Shown here one piece after another: positions 45,137 to 56,149 of a stretch of 64,000 nt of DNA (positions within the stretch are counted from its first letter, which is position 1; each line of letters opens with the position of its first letter). Origin of the DNA: Escherichia coli (GTDB lineage Bacteria; Pseudomonadota; Gammaproteobacteria; Enterobacterales; Enterobacteriaceae); NCBI RefSeq assembly GCF_044324785.1, contig NZ_CP172127.1; one strand, written 5' to 3'. A program made the translations under genes and the position numbers. The notes under the pieces were generated by a model. That model was given only the letters and a program-made list of their open reading frames with translations, was not told the DNA's origin and ran no database searches.

Positions 45137-45442
45137 TTACTGCGGTTCGGCAGGCGCGCCATCCTGGGTAGACTGCGCGGGAGCAGAGACGTTACCGCTG
45201 GTGGTACGGGTGTAGAGAATTTTATGCGTATCATTAGCGCAATGCCCGACGACCTGGGAATCAGGCTGATCAACCTGGTCATTGGGTACAATACTTAACG
45301 TGAAGCTGCTTTCGGGTACGCCATTATTGATAATGCGCTGTGATATATCGCTCTGTATGCGCTCACAGGATCCCGGCGCGGCGAGTACCGCGGGTGAGGC
45401 GAGGGCGAGCAGAAGCGCGGCACAGCAGGTTGAGAGTTTCAT
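45137..45442 (-). CDS. ynfD: DUF1161 secreted small protein
   Basis: Start at internal Met MKLSTCCAALLLALASPAVLA... giving 101 aa. Confidence 0.85.
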   Translation of the reverse strand: MKLSTCCAALLLALASPAVLAAPGSCERIQSDISQRIINNGVPESSFTLSIVPNDQVDQPDSQVVGHCANDTHKILYTRTTSGNVSAPAQSTQDGAPAEPQ

Positions 45443-45549
45443 CATAAGCTCCTTACGCGAAGATAACTTCTTTAAGCATAGCATTTAACGTGTAAAGTAC
45501 TGTATTTGCTACTATGATTGAGAATCATCTCTACTCTCTGGTGACTGTT

Positions 45550-46260
45550 GTGAAATACAAATTACTGCCATGCTTACTCGCGATATTCCTCACAGGATGT
45601 GACCGCACAGAGGTAACACTTTCATTTACCCCTGAGATGGCCAGTTTCTCTAATGAATTCGATTTTGATCCGCTGCGTGGTCCGGTAAAAGATTTCACTC
45701 AGACATTAATGGATGAGCAAGGTGAAGTGACGAAACGTGTTTCTGGGACTTTGTCGGAAGAAGGCTGTTTTGATTCACTCGAATTACTGGATCTGGAAAA
45801 TAATACCGTGGTCGCTCTGGTACTGGACGCCAATTATTACCGTGATGCCGAGACGCTGGAGAAGAGAGTACGTTTACAGGGAAAATGCCAGCTAGCGGAA
45901 TTACCTTCTGCCGGGGTGAGCTGGGAAACCGATGATAATGGCTTCGTGATTAAAGCCAGCAGCAAACAGATGCAGATGGAATATCGCTATGATGATCAGG
46001 GTTATCCACTGGGTAAAACCACGAAAAGTAACGACAAAACATTATCTGTCAGCGCCACGCCATCAACGGACCCGATCAAAAAATTAGATTACACAGCGGT
46101 TACTTTACTGAATAATCAAAGGGTTGGTAATGTAAAACAGAGCTGTGAATATGACAGTCACGCCAATCCGGTGGACTGTCAGCTAATCATTGTTGATGAA
46201 GGAGTAAAACCCGCCGTCGAACGGGTTTACACCATCAAAAATACTATCGATTATTATTAA
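45550..46260 (+). CDS. ynfC: UPF0257 lipoprotein, GTG start
   Basis: Start at GTG so product begins (M)KYKLLPCLLAIFLTGCDRTE... with lipobox LTGC; 236 aa. Confidence 0.82.
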   Translation: MKYKLLPCLLAIFLTGCDRTEVTLSFTPEMASFSNEFDFDPLRGPVKDFTQTLMDEQGEVTKRVSGTLSEEGCFDSLELLDLENNTVVALVLDANYYRDAETLEKRVRLQGKCQLAELPSAGVSWETDDNGFVIKASSKQMQMEYRYDDQGYPLGKTTKSNDKTLSVSATPSTDPIKKLDYTAVTLLNNQRVGNVKQSCEYDSHANPVDCQLIIVDEGVKPAVERVYTIKNTIDYY

Positions 46261-46262
46261 TG

Positions 46263-46823
46263 CTATTGTGCGGTCGGCTTCAGGAGAGTCTGACCCGGTA
46301 TTTTGTGCTCTGCCAGATACTGATGCTGGAATATGCACATGCGAATGGCATTCCGATATTGACCATTAATAAAGAACTCATGCATCAATTCACCTTCAAC
46401 CGTAAAGCCAAGCTTGCGGTAAATGTGAATCGCTTTTTCATTCTCTTTATCGACGATCAGATACAGCTTATAGAGATTGAGAACGGTGAAGCCATAGTCC
46501 ATTGCTAATTTTGCGGCACGCGTTGCCAGACCTTTCCCCTGATATTCCGGGGAGATAATTATCTGAAATTCTGCGCGGCGATGAACATGGTTAATTTCCA
46601 CCAGCTCCACCAGACCGGCTTTTTCGCCGTCACATTCCACCACAAAGCGCCGTTCGCTCTGATCGTGAATATGCTTATCGTACAGATCAGAGAGTTCAAC
46701 AAAGGCTTCGTAGGGTTCCTCAAACCAGTAACGCATCACACTGGCGTTATTGTCGAGTTGATGTACATAGCGTAAATCTTCACGCTCCAGCGGGCGTAGC
46801 TTAACACTGTGGGCGCTTGGCAT
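46263..46823 (-). CDS. speG: spermidine N1-acetyltransferase
   Basis: ORF 186 aa ([26 protein letters not shown]...), GNAT fold. Confidence 0.95.
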   Translation of the reverse strand: MPSAHSVKLRPLEREDLRYVHQLDNNASVMRYWFEEPYEAFVELSDLYDKHIHDQSERRFVVECDGEKAGLVELVEINHVHRRAEFQIIISPEYQGKGLATRAAKLAMDYGFTVLNLYKLYLIVDKENEKAIHIYRKLGFTVEGELMHEFFINGQYRNAIRMCIFQHQYLAEHKIPGQTLLKPTAQ

Positions 46824-46857
46824 AACGTGTCCTTACATTCCTTAAATCAATAACAGG

Positions 46858-47199
46858 TTAGGGGGTAATAACGCGGCCAGTTCGACGGTCCAGGCAGCGC
46901 AAAGTATTTGGCTCCCAGTAGGCATTGATGTTGGCGCTTTGCTCACATTTATCGCGGTTATCAAAAGCGGCGTCGGCTTTATCCCACTCTTTTTCAGTGC
47001 GTTTATTCACTTTCTGGCGCAGATTGCGCGTGTCATTCCATTGCTCTTTTTCCATAGCGGCGTGCTGGCGGCTTTGTGCACTGTCGCCAGACTCAATCAC
47101 CAGTTTGTTAGTTTCGGCATGAACAGTTGTGCTCAATGCCAGTGTGCAAGGCAGCAGAAAAGCGAGCAGGCCAATTCGTTTGCTGAGAGTAATTTTCAT
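46858..47199 (-). CDS. ynfB: UPF0482 secreted protein
   Basis: ORF 113 aa with signal peptide, expected position. Confidence 0.88.
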   Translation of the reverse strand: MKITLSKRIGLLAFLLPCTLALSTTVHAETNKLVIESGDSAQSRQHAAMEKEQWNDTRNLRQKVNKRTEKEWDKADAAFDNRDKCEQSANINAYWEPNTLRCLDRRTGRVITP

Positions 47200-47333
47200 A
47201 ATTCATTCCCTGTATGAATGATTAAAGGTGATTCTACACCATCCACTGCGAACGCAAAACGTACCAGGAGGATGTTTATATTGATGATATTATGTCGTCC
47301 TATAACTATACATGATGTCAATAAGTGACAAAG

Positions 47334-47660
47334 ATGATTAAAACAACGTTACTATTTTTTGCTACTGCGCTGTGTGAAATTATTGGATGCTTTCTGCCCT
47401 GGTTGTGGTTAAAACGAAACGCCAGTATCTGGCTGTTGCTTCCGGCGGGGATTTCTCTGGCACTGTTTGTCTGGTTGTTAACGTTGCATCCTGCGGCGAG
47501 TGGGCGTGTTTACGCGGCTTATGGTGGCGTTTATGTCTGCACGGCGTTGATTTGGCTGCGCGTTGTGGATGGCGTGAAACTGAGTCTTTATGACTGGACG
47601 GGGGCGTTGATTGCGCTTTGCGGCATGTTGATCATTGTTGCGGGCTGGGGGCGCGCGTAA
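47334..47660 (+). CDS. ynfA: UPF0060 small membrane protein
   Basis: Start at internal Met [23 protein letters not shown]... giving 108 aa. Confidence 0.88.
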
Positions 47661-47865
47661 GGACATAAATCCATTTTATCAATAAGATACAAGGAAGTGT
47701 CAGCTGACAAAAGGTATTCTATTTCATCTTTTGTCAACCATTCACGGCGCAAATATACGCCTTTTTTTGTGATCACTCCGGCTTTTTTCGATTTTCATAC
47801 TTGTATGGTAGTAGCTCAGTTGCGTAGATTTCATGCATCACGACAAGCGATGCAAGGAATCGAAC

Positions 47866-49080
47866 ATGAAGATCGTAAAGGCTGAAGTTTTTGTTACCTG
47901 TCCGGGGCGTAATTTCGTCACATTAAAAATCACCACTGAGGACGGTATTACGGGCCTTGGGGATGCCACCCTCAATGGACGTGAGCTTTCCGTGGCCTCT
48001 TATTTGCAGGATCACCTTTGTCCGCAGCTTATTGGTCGCGATGCACACCGTATCGAAGATATCTGGCAGTTTTTCTATAAAGGAGCTTACTGGCGTCGCG
48101 GCCCGGTGACGATGTCGGCCATTTCAGCGGTTGATATGGCGCTGTGGGATATTAAAGCCAAAGCTGCCAACATGCCGCTTTACCAGTTACTCGGCGGCGC
48201 GTCTCGTGAAGGGGTGATGGTTTATTGCCATACCACCGGTCACAGTATTGATGAAGCTCTGGATGATTATGCCCGTCATCAGGAGCTGGGATTCAAAGCC
48301 ATCCGCGTGCAGTGCGGAATCCCTGGTATGAAAACCACCTACGGCATGTCGAAAGGTAAAGGTCTGGCTTATGAACCCGCAACCAAAGGACAGTGGCCGG
48401 AAGAGCAGCTGTGGTCGACGGAGAAATACCTCGATTTCATGCCGAAATTGTTTGACGCGGTACGTAACAAGTTTGGTTTTAATGAACATTTGCTGCATGA
48501 CATGCACCATCGCTTAACGCCTATTGAAGCGGCGCGCTTTGGTAAAAGCATTGAAGATTATCGCATGTTCTGGATGGAAGACCCGACGCCTGCGGAAAAC
48601 CAGGAATGCTTCCGTCTCATTCGCCAACATACCGTCACACCCATCGCGGTGGGTGAAGTCTTCAACAGCATCTGGGACTGCAAGCAACTGATTGAAGAGC
48701 AACTTATCGATTATATCCGCACCACGCTGACCCATGCAGGCGGAATTACCGGTATGCGCCGGATTGCCGATTTTGCTTCGTTGTATCAGGTACGTACTGG
48801 CTCACACGGTCCTTCCGATTTGTCACCAGTCTGCATGGCTGCGGCGCTGCACTTTGATCTGTGGGTCCCCAATTTCGGTGTCCAGGAATACATGGGTTAT
48901 TCCGAACAAATGCTTGAAGTCTTCCCGCACAACTGGACTTTCGATAACGGCTATATGCATCCGGGAGACAAACCGGGTCTTGGCATCGAATTCGATGAAA
49001 AGCTGGCGGCGAAATATCCCTATGAACCTGCTTATCTGCCAGTCGCACGGCTGGAAGATGGCACGCTGTGGAACTGGTAA
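47866..49080 (+). CDS. rspA: enolase-superfamily starvation-sensing protein / mannonate dehydratase
   Basis: Start at internal Met [27 protein letters not shown]... giving 404 aa. Confidence 0.93.
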
Positions 49081-49091
49081 GGAGTAAGATA

Positions 49092-50111
49092 ATGAAAAGC
49101 ATTTTAATTGAAAAACCGAATCAACTGGCAATTATCGAACGCGAAATACCCACCCCGTCAGCGGGTGAAGTACGAGTAAAAGTGAAACTTGCCGGAATTT
49201 GTGGTTCAGATAGCCATATTTATCGTGGGCATAATCCTTTTGCGAAATATCCGCGCGTCATTGGTCATGAATTCTTTGGCGTCATTGATGCAGTGGGTGA
49301 AGGCGTGGAAAGCGACAGAGTCGGTGAACGCGTTGCTGTCGATCCGGTGGTCAGCTGTGGGCATTGCTATCCGTGCTCTATAGGTAAGCCGAACGTTTGT
49401 ACGACACTGGCTGTATTAGGTGTGCACGCTGACGGTGGTTTCAGTGAATATGCCGTGGTGCCGGCAAAAAATGCGTGGAAAATTCCTGAAGCAGTGGCCG
49501 ATCAATATGCGGTGATGATCGAACCTTTTACCATTGCGGCTAACGTTACCGGTCATGGTCAACCGACTGAAAATGATACCGTTCTGGTTTACGGCGCAGG
49601 TCCAATCGGCCTGACGATCGTTCAGGTATTAAAAGGCGTCTATAACGTTAAGAATGTGATTGTTGCCGATCGCATTGATGAACGACTGGAAAAAGCGAAA
49701 GAGAGCGGGGCAGACTGGGCGATTAATAACAGCCAGACACCGCTTGGCGAGATTTTCGCTGAAAAAGGCATAAAGCCGACATTAATTATCGATGCGGCTT
49801 GTCATCCTTCAATCCTGAAAGAAGCCGTAACGCTGGCTTCTCCAGCGGCACGTATTGTATTGATGGGCTTCTCCAGTGAACCGTCTGAAGTGATTCAGCA
49901 AGGAATTACCGGAAAAGAACTCTCTATTTTCTCTTCACGCTTAAATGCAAATAAATTCCCGGTCGTTATCGACTGGTTAAGTAAAGGGTTAATTAAACCA
50001 GAAAAACTAATTACCCATACGTTTGATTTCCAGCATGTTGCTGATGCCATTAGTTTATTTGAACAGGATCAAAAGCATTGCTGCAAAGTCTTACTCACTT
50101 TTTCTGAATAA
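49092..50111 (+). CDS. rspB: zinc-dependent medium-chain dehydrogenase
   Basis: Start at internal Met MKSILIEKPNQLAII... giving 339 aa; Zn-binding GHE and CGHC motifs. Confidence 0.93.
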   Translation: MKSILIEKPNQLAIIEREIPTPSAGEVRVKVKLAGICGSDSHIYRGHNPFAKYPRVIGHEFFGVIDAVGEGVESDRVGERVAVDPVVSCGHCYPCSIGKPNVCTTLAVLGVHADGGFSEYAVVPAKNAWKIPEAVADQYAVMIEPFTIAANVTGHGQPTENDTVLVYGAGPIGLTIVQVLKGVYNVKNVIVADRIDERLEKAKESGADWAINNSQTPLGEIFAEKGIKPTLIIDAACHPSILKEAVTLASPAARIVLMGFSSEPSEVIQQGITGKELSIFSSRLNANKFPVVIDWLSKGLIKPEKLITHTFDFQHVADAISLFEQDQKHCCKVLLTFSE

Positions 50112-50168
50112 TACCAATAACGGCGAGTAAGTAGTACGCATCTTACCTCTTTTTTAGAGATAACCATT

Positions 50169-50297
50169 ATGACAATAGAAAAACACGAAAGAAGCACTAA
50201 GGATTTGGTGAAAGCAGCAGTATCGGGATGGCTGGGCACTGCGCTTGAATTTATGGATTTCAAGAGTCATACGTGTCAACTATTTGATAAATATTAA
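50169..50297 (+). pseudogene. ydfJ: 5' fragment of an MHS-family transporter gene interrupted by prophage insertion
   Basis: 42-codon ORF MTIEKHERSTKDLVKAAVSGWLGTALEFMDF... resembles MHS/ProP-type N-termini, then reads into unrelated sequence and stops 1 nt before the integrase gene. Confidence 0.6.
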
Positions 50298-50298
50298 A

Positions 50299-51594
50299 TT
50301 AATTTTTCATTGCTTCGTTATGGGGCATGGTTGGGGCAAACTCGCTTAACTGTGTATTTAACAAAGCTACCTGTGCATTATTGTTTTCAGACATCCATTT
50401 TCCGTATACCTGAAATACCATTTGCGCATCTGCATGGCCCATCTGGTTTGCTATAAATGCCGGATTAGCACCAGCTGTCAGCGACCAGCAGGCATAAGTA
50501 TGTCTCGACTGATATGATTTTCGATGGCGGAGTCCGGCACGTTTTATCGCTGCGTCCCACATCTGCCTTATTGAGTCAACGGTAAAATGGTCACCATAAT
50601 TTTTTACTCTCGCTGACACTTCAGGTTGAAAAACAAAGGTGCATTTATGTTTTTCTGTTCTGCCATACTCTCTGAGGTGAACATCAATGATATGCTCTTT
50701 GCTCAGTCTCGTTAATGTCATCTGACTCCGGAGAGCGTCGATTGCTGGCTTAATAAGATGAATGACCCGATTGGTTCCCGCCTGTGTTTTTGGTACCGTG
50801 AAACGGTCTTTTGCTAAATTTCTCCTGATCATCATTGTTCCATTTTTCAGATCTATGTCCTCCCATCCAAGTGCACACAGCTCACCAGGGCGAACGCCAG
50901 TATAAACAGAAACACACCATAAATTTTTGGCTTGCTGATTTCTGCACGCATCGATAAGACGGATGAATTCCTCCCGCGAAAGAGGATCCGGAATGGTTCT
51001 TGATTCCTTTAATGGCGAGATCCCCTTAAACGGGTTATCTGCCAGGTAACCGTTATCAACACCAAACTGGAACACGGCGTTAAGATTTGTCATGTAATTA
51101 TTTACAGTTACAGCCGATCTCCCTGGTTGTGTAACAATATAGTTACTTTTGGGGATCTGGTATCCAGTCAGTAGCTCTTTACGAACCTCCAGTAATTTTT
51201 CTTTATTAATCGATGAGGCAAGATTTTTTTCACCGATTATGCTCAGGATATTTTTGATGACGGCACGGTATGTGTTGAGTGATGTTTTTGCGACTTCAGT
51301 TTCTTTCAGTGCCAGAAATTTTTCAGCCAGTTCTTTTATGGTTAAATCTTGTCGAGTCTCACCAAATTTTTCCAGATTGCGTGAGGAGGGAAACTGTTTT
51401 GCATAGTCGAAAACACCAGTTTTTATTGCGTAACAAACAGAGGCGCGTAGCTCACCTGCAACGCGCCTGTTTTTTGCTGTGTCAGGAACCCCCAGGTTTT
51501 CCCTGACTCTTACGCCTTTATAAACAAACCAGATACGTAATTTCCCTCCATGGTTTTCCACGCCTGTCGGATATTTCATTTCAACTTCTCTCAT
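50299..51594 (-). CDS. int: prophage tyrosine-recombinase integrase
   Basis: ORF 431 aa with C-terminal catalytic region (…SRHTYACWSLTAGANPAFIANQMGHADAQMVFQVYGKWM); true start may be the Met 5 codons in (51579). Confidence 0.85.
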   Translation of the reverse strand: MREVEMKYPTGVENHGGKLRIWFVYKGVRVRENLGVPDTAKNRRVAGELRASVCYAIKTGVFDYAKQFPSSRNLEKFGETRQDLTIKELAEKFLALKETEVAKTSLNTYRAVIKNILSIIGEKNLASSINKEKLLEVRKELLTGYQIPKSNYIVTQPGRSAVTVNNYMTNLNAVFQFGVDNGYLADNPFKGISPLKESRTIPDPLSREEFIRLIDACRNQQAKNLWCVSVYTGVRPGELCALGWEDIDLKNGTMMIRRNLAKDRFTVPKTQAGTNRVIHLIKPAIDALRSQMTLTRLSKEHIIDVHLREYGRTEKHKCTFVFQPEVSARVKNYGDHFTVDSIRQMWDAAIKRAGLRHRKSYQSRHTYACWSLTAGANPAFIANQMGHADAQMVFQVYGKWMSENNNAQVALLNTQLSEFAPTMPHNEAMKN

Positions 51595-51613
51595 TAGTTA
51601 GTGTGGCTTTTAG

Positions 51614-51865
51614 TCAAGTAAGATGACGTCTTGGTCTTGCTGATGCCTGGCGCTCAATCCAGCGATCAATTTCTTCCAGGTTGTAAAAGCATGGACTGTT
51701 ATCCCATGGCATACCGTCATGAGCGACATGCTTATATTCCCTTCCTTCCATAAACGATTTTTCCCGGGCCTTTTTTAACGTACCTTTTTTTATTCCTTTC
51801 AGCGCAATTAACTGCTCTTCGGATACCCATTTGCCGGGAGAGACAATCATGATTACTTCGCTCAT
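51614..51865 (-). CDS. xis: putative excisionase-like small protein
   Basis: 83-aa ORF immediately upstream of and co-oriented with int; assignment by position and size. Confidence 0.55.
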   Translation of the reverse strand: MSEVIMIVSPGKWVSEEQLIALKGIKKGTLKKAREKSFMEGREYKHVAHDGMPWDNSPCFYNLEEIDRWIERQASARPRRHLT

Positions 51866-51937
51866 CGATTTCTTTATCTCTTACATCAGACGAGCGCCGG
51901 TTGCAGAATACCAGTCACAACCGGCGACAGTTGAACA

Positions 51938-54411
51938 TTAAGAATCAGCCTGACTCGGGATCAGTTTTTGCCAGATAACTGAAACGTATTTTGCCTGGTA
52001 ACGGGCGTCATCAAGTGCATTATGGCGCTCACCTTCGAATGGAATAGCCGTTCTGGCATCGAAGTCTATGGCTTTCCCCAGCTCAACGATTGTGCGTACA
52101 TCGCGATCGTTGTAGTAACGCCACGGGCAGGGGATCCCCTGCCGTTCGTATGAACGGCGCAAAATCGTGTTGTCGAAGTTGGCTCCATTTCCCCAAACCT
52201 GAACAAAAAATTCACCGGAGTTTTCGTCGATAAATTCCCGCAATTGTAACAGTGCATCATCTAACGGGATTTCATCGGTCATAATGGCCGATTGCGCTTC
52301 GCGTGATTGCTCTTAAGCCACCATTTAATGGTGTCCCGATCAATGACTCCGCCAGCAGTTTCCAGATCGATAGTCTTACTAAATTCCGGTCCCATATCTC
52401 CGGTTTGCGGATCGAAAAATATTGCACCTATTGAGATGATCGGGGCATCAGGATTTTTTCCCATGGTTTCAAGGTCGATCATTAGATGGTCACACGTCCT
52501 GCTGGTGGATGTGATTTCGTGATGACCGTTCACCTTAATTGAGTGATCTGCCGTCTCGCCAGTTTCATTATCGCTATCGTGATGCTGATTGCCGCCAGCG
52601 TTCTCCTTGTGTGGATGTTCAGCGCCTTCCATTTCCTCCGGATCATCTTCCTGAACTTCAACCTGATACTCTTCATCGAATGTTTCTTGGTATGTTGCGT
52701 CGCCCATCACCGCGCCACAATCAGGGCAGTTGCCGCCGCCGGTCTGACCGCAAGCGGTGCAGACTTTTTCCACTTCCTGTTGCGCCACTGATTCAGGCTG
52801 TTTCGTTTCTGGCTCGTTTTGTAACGCATTTGGGCTGTTTTGTTCCGCTTTTTGGTAGTTCCGTTCCGATTCATGCTGGTTCTGGTTCACAGAATCGCGG
52901 GTCTGGATCCCCTTAACCCATTTCGGATCATTCGGGTCACTAATCCCTTCAACAAATTCACCACGTGATGCAGCAAGCAACTTATCGGCGTCAGGCTGGC
53001 TGATATTGGCTGCCTGCATAATTTTGTTTACTTCGTCAGCGGTAACTTTTATCGGCTCTGGTTGTTCTGAATCTTCAGCGGTATCTACATTTTGCGGTAA
53101 GCCCGTGTATGTGCCATTTTTTCGGGCAAAATATTCTTCTTTTGTGATTTCAGTGGCGCCAGCAGCCAGTGCCTTATCCAGACCAGAAAGTTTGTTTGCG
53201 CGACCGTATTTTTCTCCGTCCTTATCTGCGAAGAGGAAATAGAACGGCCCCTCACGCTCTACAGATGGTTCAGCTTCCGGTGCGGTTTCATTTTTTGGGA
53301 TATCAGATACCTCAGTTTCCACTGCATCAGTTTGTGTTTCTGATGACTTGAGAACATCAACAGTGCCCAGGTCTGTTTCTTCATTCTCAAACACGCCCTT
53401 TGTCGTCAGGTATTCGCAGATATATTTGTTCAGTGCTACGGGATCTTTGTGAATGTCGATCGGACGCTCACGGACAAGGCCAAAAATAGTTTGGCGGTCG
53501 TAGCGAAGGGCATCAGGCTGTTTGCGTATTGATGCCGAGATACGCTTCCAGTCTTCGCGGTCGTTGTCGATAACTTCATTTTTTGCCCAGCGATGGATGC
53601 TGCCGTCAATGTTTCCGGCATCCACATCACCAGGCCAGAGAGCGTAGGCCAGTTCGTCATCCAGTGTTTTCCATGTCTGCTTGTATTCGCGATGAATGGC
53701 AGCAATGACCGGGCTGATTTTTCCTGTTGAATTTTCAGTGTACTGTTGATTGGCTCTGGCGCGGGCGAGATCAACAACAGACGTGTATTTTCCGGTTTCC
53801 TTGCGTTCACCTTCGCGACGTTTTTTCCAGATGCGCATCTCTGCCTGAATTTCGGGCCATTTAGCACCAGGAATACATTTATGCTTAACCCACCCAATGG
53901 CGTGCAACTTAAGCTCCGGATACATGGCGTTAACTTCTGGCATTTTCATCAACGCTTCAACGATATGTCCGTTGAATGTTGCCATGTCTTCCTGCAACAA
54001 TTCCTGTGCGCTAATAACCATATCAACGGTGATGTTTTCACATGTGTCGAACTTAACCATGACAGCGTTCTGTACTTCAGGGGCCAGCTTGTCAAAAGTG
54101 ACGTTCATCGGATCGGATTCAGTCTCAACCGGGACAAAAGAAGCAGACTCCTCATCCCAGCGGTTTTCCTGCATATATTCAGCATCCCATGAATCGAGGG
54201 CAGGGCGGGGTATACCAGGTTTATCCTCGCAGACAATAAATTTATAAGCGCAGTCCTGAGCAGCCGGATAATGTTCCAGGAATTGCCAGTGAAATTTTGC
54301 TCGAGCACGGCGTTCGTCGCCAGCTTCAATGGCTGTGGCTACAGCCACAGCGCCTTCTTCCCTTGTTGCCAGTTCGTCAGGAATAGCGGCGCAAATAAAG
54401 ACTTTACTCAT
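51938..54411 (-). pseudogene. RecE-family (exodeoxyribonuclease VIII-like) gene with C-terminal DEDDh exonuclease domain, split by a frameshift
   Basis: ORFs 52279..54411 (710 aa) and 51938..52282 (114 aa) overlap by ATGA; Exo I motif (HLMIDLETMG) is in the upstream ORF, Exo II/III (FGNGANFDNT, HNALDDARYQAKY) in the downstream ORF; frames differ by 2 nt around 52310-52311. Confidence 0.75.
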
Positions 54412-54534
54412 TTTGTTTTAACCTCATGACAGATTTAAGGATGAACAAATCCCTGCCATTGCTGGCATATAAGAATGAAACCGGATATTTATTACGGAAC
54501 TGTTTTAAAGACCTGCCGGGATTTCGATATTATC

Positions 54535-54696
54535 CTAGTGAATAACTTTATCGACCGGGTAACAGTTACCGGGAATTTTCTGTTCGGTTGCTGCAGTCAT
54601 ACACTCCTGCATTGTCCTGTGAACACTGACTGCAATATCAACTGGCACTCCGGAAACAAGAAAAACTGTCAGAACAAGCGCAAATGCTGAATTCAT
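54535..54696 (-). CDS. ydfD: small membrane protein, YdfD-like (prophage lysis protein family)
   Basis: 53-aa product MNSAFALVLTVFLVSGVPVDIAVSVHRTMQECM...; ATG overlaps dicB stop (ATGA); assignment by position and partial recall. Confidence 0.6.
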   Translation of the reverse strand: MNSAFALVLTVFLVSGVPVDIAVSVHRTMQECMTAATEQKIPGNCYPVDKVIH

Positions 54697-54881
54697 TGTG
54701 CACATCCTTTTGGCATCAGACGTAAACGAGCCAGCATTGAAACAATGCATATTTTATTTAATAGCTCCCGTTCTTGTTTTCTCTTGTTAATGGCATCTTC
54801 AGTAAATACAGGGTTACTGATAGTGACACCAATTTCAAAACAACCTTCAGACGTATTAACGTTTGGTAATAACGTTTTCAT
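54693..54881 (-). CDS. dicB: cell division inhibitor DicB
   Basis: 62-aa product MKTLLPNVNTSEGCFEIGVTISNPVFTEDAINKRKQERELLNKICIVSMLARLRLMPKGCAQ, recognised DicB. Confidence 0.9.
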   Translation of the reverse strand: MKTLLPNVNTSEGCFEIGVTISNPVFTEDAINKRKQERELLNKICIVSMLARLRLMPKGCAQ

Positions 54882-55055
54882 TATCGCGCCCTCAACAATG
54901 AGTTTTGTGATGCGGTGCCTGGTGCCTCCAGGTGACGTTAACCAGTTAACAATTAACGCCGGATACAGAGAATCCACCCATAACACTGTTTTTGGTTTTA
55001 ACTGTTCCGCGTGCGCTCAGCCGCATTCACCACATCACAAAATTCACTTTAAAAA

Positions 55056-55108
55056 GGGCGGCAGAGCAGTCACGGAGTAAAACTGATACCGCCAAACGTC
55101 ACCAGAAA
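55056..55108 (-). ncRNA. dicF: DicF small regulatory RNA
   Basis: Minus strand reads TTTCTGGTGACGTTTGGCGGTATCAGTTTTACTCCGTGACTGCTCTGCCGCCC followed by TTTTT; recognised DicF with 3' GC hairpin. Confidence 0.88.
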
Positions 55109-55448
55109 ATTGATAACAGAGGGCGTTGCAGCGGGGTTGTCACTTAAGCGTATGGTCAACCTGACAACCCGGTGTCCTCAACGGGGAAGGAATAACCCCG
55201 CCATACTTACCGCCGCGCCATTTCGCGGGTTGCCACAACCGGAAGCGCACGGTCGACGAAAATTTAACGACAGGCTATCTATGAACCAGCTACCTCGCCG
55301 TGCGCTTTCGCGTTATGGTCTGACTTTTCAGGGAAATATCCTTTCAGTAAACTGTCAGTGCCGGATGCTCACCCGTGTCCGGCGCACGCACTCCACCTCA
55401 CCCGTGGAGAACTCCTTAATTACCAACCTTAGCTTCGTTGGTTAGCTA

Positions 55449-55667
55449 TTAACGCGGGTATGTAATCATTCTGGCAATGCTTAATGCCGCTGCTTTTTCC
55501 AGATTGGTGATATCCTGCTCCAGAGAGAACAGATTTTCAGCCTGCTTAGCCCTGGCTTCATTAGCCCATTTCAGATCCTGCGCTGCATTAATTTTCTGGT
55601 GCATCCACTCATAAAGTTCATCATCGGTATAGTCTGGCGCGATGATAACGGGTTCTCGTTTCTGCAT
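55449..55667 (-). CDS. ydfC: prophage small protein, YdfC-like
   Basis: 72-aa ORF between ydfB and dicF; assigned by size and position in the dicB operon. Confidence 0.6.
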   Translation of the reverse strand: MQKREPVIIAPDYTDDELYEWMHQKINAAQDLKWANEARAKQAENLFSLEQDITNLEKAAALSIARMITYPR

Positions 55668-55697
55668 ACTGATTCCTTGCGGTGCTGTTTCGCTTAT

Positions 55698-55826
55698 CAG
55701 CCGTTAGATTTTGCCGAACTGGAAAGCGCCTGTTTAAATTCGCTGAAGCTGAGAGCTTCTTCGCCTTCGGCAAGGCCTTCGAAGTATTCTTCGTAAGCCT
55801 TTTCCATGATTGTGTCGAAATCCATA
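55698..55826 (-). CDS. ydfB: prophage small protein YdfB
   Basis: Not in ORF track (42 aa): MDFDTIMEKAYEEYFEGLAEGEEALSFSEFKQALSSSAKSNG; starts right after ydfA stop. Confidence 0.7.
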
Positions 55827-55982
55827 TCACCCACCTGAATTTCTTTCCAGCCAGCGACGCGCTCCAGATTCGGTTTTAAACGTTTTGCTTTTGGTATACG
55901 TCATTGCGGTGAACGTGCCGTCCTGGTTTGGAAACACGCCGTACACCAGAGATTCGTTGTTGCCAAGATCGATAGTATCCAT
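55827..55982 (-). CDS. ydfA: prophage small protein YdfA (DUF1391)
   Basis: Start at internal Met MDTIDLGNNESLVYGVFPNQDGTFTAMTYTK... giving 51 aa; first gene after dicA. Confidence 0.75.
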   Translation of the reverse strand: MDTIDLGNNESLVYGVFPNQDGTFTAMTYTKSKTFKTESGARRWLERNSGG

Positions 55983-56095
55983 GCTGACCTCATTTCCCCT
56001 TAACGCCGGGGTAGCGGAACTGTTTGCTGAGAACACCGTGCGGTGTCTTGATGGAAAATAATTTAGAATAACCTAACATGAGAGGCAAGTGTTTT

Positions 56096-56113
56096 TGTTA
56101 GATTGATCTAACA
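56096..56113. promoter_or_regulatory. Operator-like palindrome TGTTAG-N6-CTAACA in the dicB-operon promoter region
   Basis: TGTTAGATTGATCTAACA with flanking T5/A5, between dicA stop and ydfA start. Confidence 0.6.
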
Positions 56114-56149
56114 AAAAGGGTGGGCGCAACTAATCACTTGAAAAGAATG

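Noticed and set aside
50112-50300. Looked for a tRNA gene at the prophage junction
   Set aside because: No tRNA-like T-arm/acceptor pattern was found; the junction lies in a protein-coding gene fragment (ydfJ-like). A tRNA elsewhere cannot be fully excluded without a scan.
55110-55445. 111-aa plus-strand ORF exactly filling the gap between DicF and ydfC
   Set aside because: It is antisense to the dicB operon transcript, Arg/Pro-rich with no RBS, and the region is expected to be the untranslated DicF precursor; a small minus-strand ORF here cannot be excluded.
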